From the NCBI GenBank assembly GCA_045803975.1, contig JBJMOA010000194.1:1191-65190 (forward strand): a stretch of 64,000 bases of DNA, given 5' to 3'. Shown here piece by piece: positions 63,747 through 64,000 of this stretch. This DNA comes from Gemmatimonadaceae bacterium (lineage in GTDB: Bacteria > Gemmatimonadota > Gemmatimonadetes > Gemmatimonadales > Gemmatimonadaceae). The notes beneath the pieces are model-generated. The model saw only the letters and a list, made by a program, of their open reading frames with translations. It did no database searches and was not told the origin of the DNA. Position 1 is the first letter of the stretch; each line of letters begins with the position of its first letter. The translations under genes and the position numbers were made by a program.

Positions 63747-64000
63747 GCGGCGGGGAGAAAGGTCAAGGTGCCATTTGGGATACGTCCCCGTTCCACCAGG
63801 CGGCGGTAGAACTCGGTAAGCCCGGCAAGGTGTGGATACGACAAGCCGTAATCGAGGCCTGAAAGGTAGTCGACGCAGACGTCGAGGTTTACACCGCTTG
63901 CTGTTTGCGCCTGCCGCGCAAGAACGGGTATATGGGCAAGCCCCCAATCGCGTGACGCAATAAGGCTCGCGTGAGCGAGGAGGGCGTCCTTCACGTTGGT
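63743..64000 (-). CDS. C-terminal part of a MqnA/MqnD-like menaquinone (futalosine) biosynthesis protein; runs off the window
   Basis: The ORF is open to the window edge and its stop overlaps the start of the radical SAM gene. The tail ...VCVDYLSGLDYGLSYPHLAGLTEFYRRL resembles MqnA-family C-termini. Assignment is tentative. Confidence 0.45.
   Translation of the reverse strand, partial: TNVKDALLAHASLIASRDWGLAHIPVLARQAQTASGVNLDVCVDYLSGLDYGLSYPHLAGLTEFYRRLVERGRIPNGTLTFLPAA

Overview
This is a dense, high-GC chromosomal core region of a diderm bacterium. The gene content (LpxC-FabZ fusion, futalosine-pathway genes, BshC, McsAB-ClpC) resembles Gemmatimonadota-like lineages, but that assignment is inference only.

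Plus strand, in order:
- The 3' part of a 23S rRNA, a 5S rRNA, a terminator and tRNA-Asn.
- era, a 55-aa Trm112/YcaR-like gene missing from the ORF track, an outer-membrane barrel and a CAX antiporter.
- A receiver/GGDDF protein coupled to a zinc-ribbon proline-rich protein.
- prfB (with its +1 frameshift) and lysS, then lolE-lolD-mcsA-mcsB-clpC.
- An outer-membrane and lipid A block: bamA-skp-lpxD-lpxC/fabZ-lpxA-oxidoreductase-lpxB-DUF374-lpxK.
- gdh, rlmH, a methyltransferase coupled to bshC, murJ and uvrC.
- A coupled chain: DUF512-der-plsY-gpsA-MerR-GT2-surE-pcm-acidic protein-acyP.
- tRNA-Arg(CCT) and a TPR protein.

Minus strand: a chain of about 16 kb with start/stop overlaps at most junctions and no gap over 5 nt, kdsB-pyrG-kdsA-kdsD-lptC-(long LptA-like)-lptB-rpoN-GT2-GT4-UPF0104-YfhO-like-GT2-dapF. 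It is followed by a POTRA-less Omp85-like barrel, trpG/pabA, xerD, dedA, ispF and futalosine genes.

I found no CRISPR array, transposon, prophage or recognisable defence system. The most system-like unexplained content is the five-gene polyprenyl-phosphate/GT-C-type glycosylation module fused onto lptCAB-rpoN, together with an N-terminally extended LptB and a multi-repeat LptA-like protein. Other leads are the McsAB-ClpC module in a diderm, the GGDDF/zinc-ribbon pair, the methyltransferase-bshC pair, and an AT-rich structured intergenic region at 42.5-42.7 kb. All functional calls rest on motif recognition by eye, because no database search could be run. Many long ORFs in the track are antisense or out-of-frame artefacts of high GC content.
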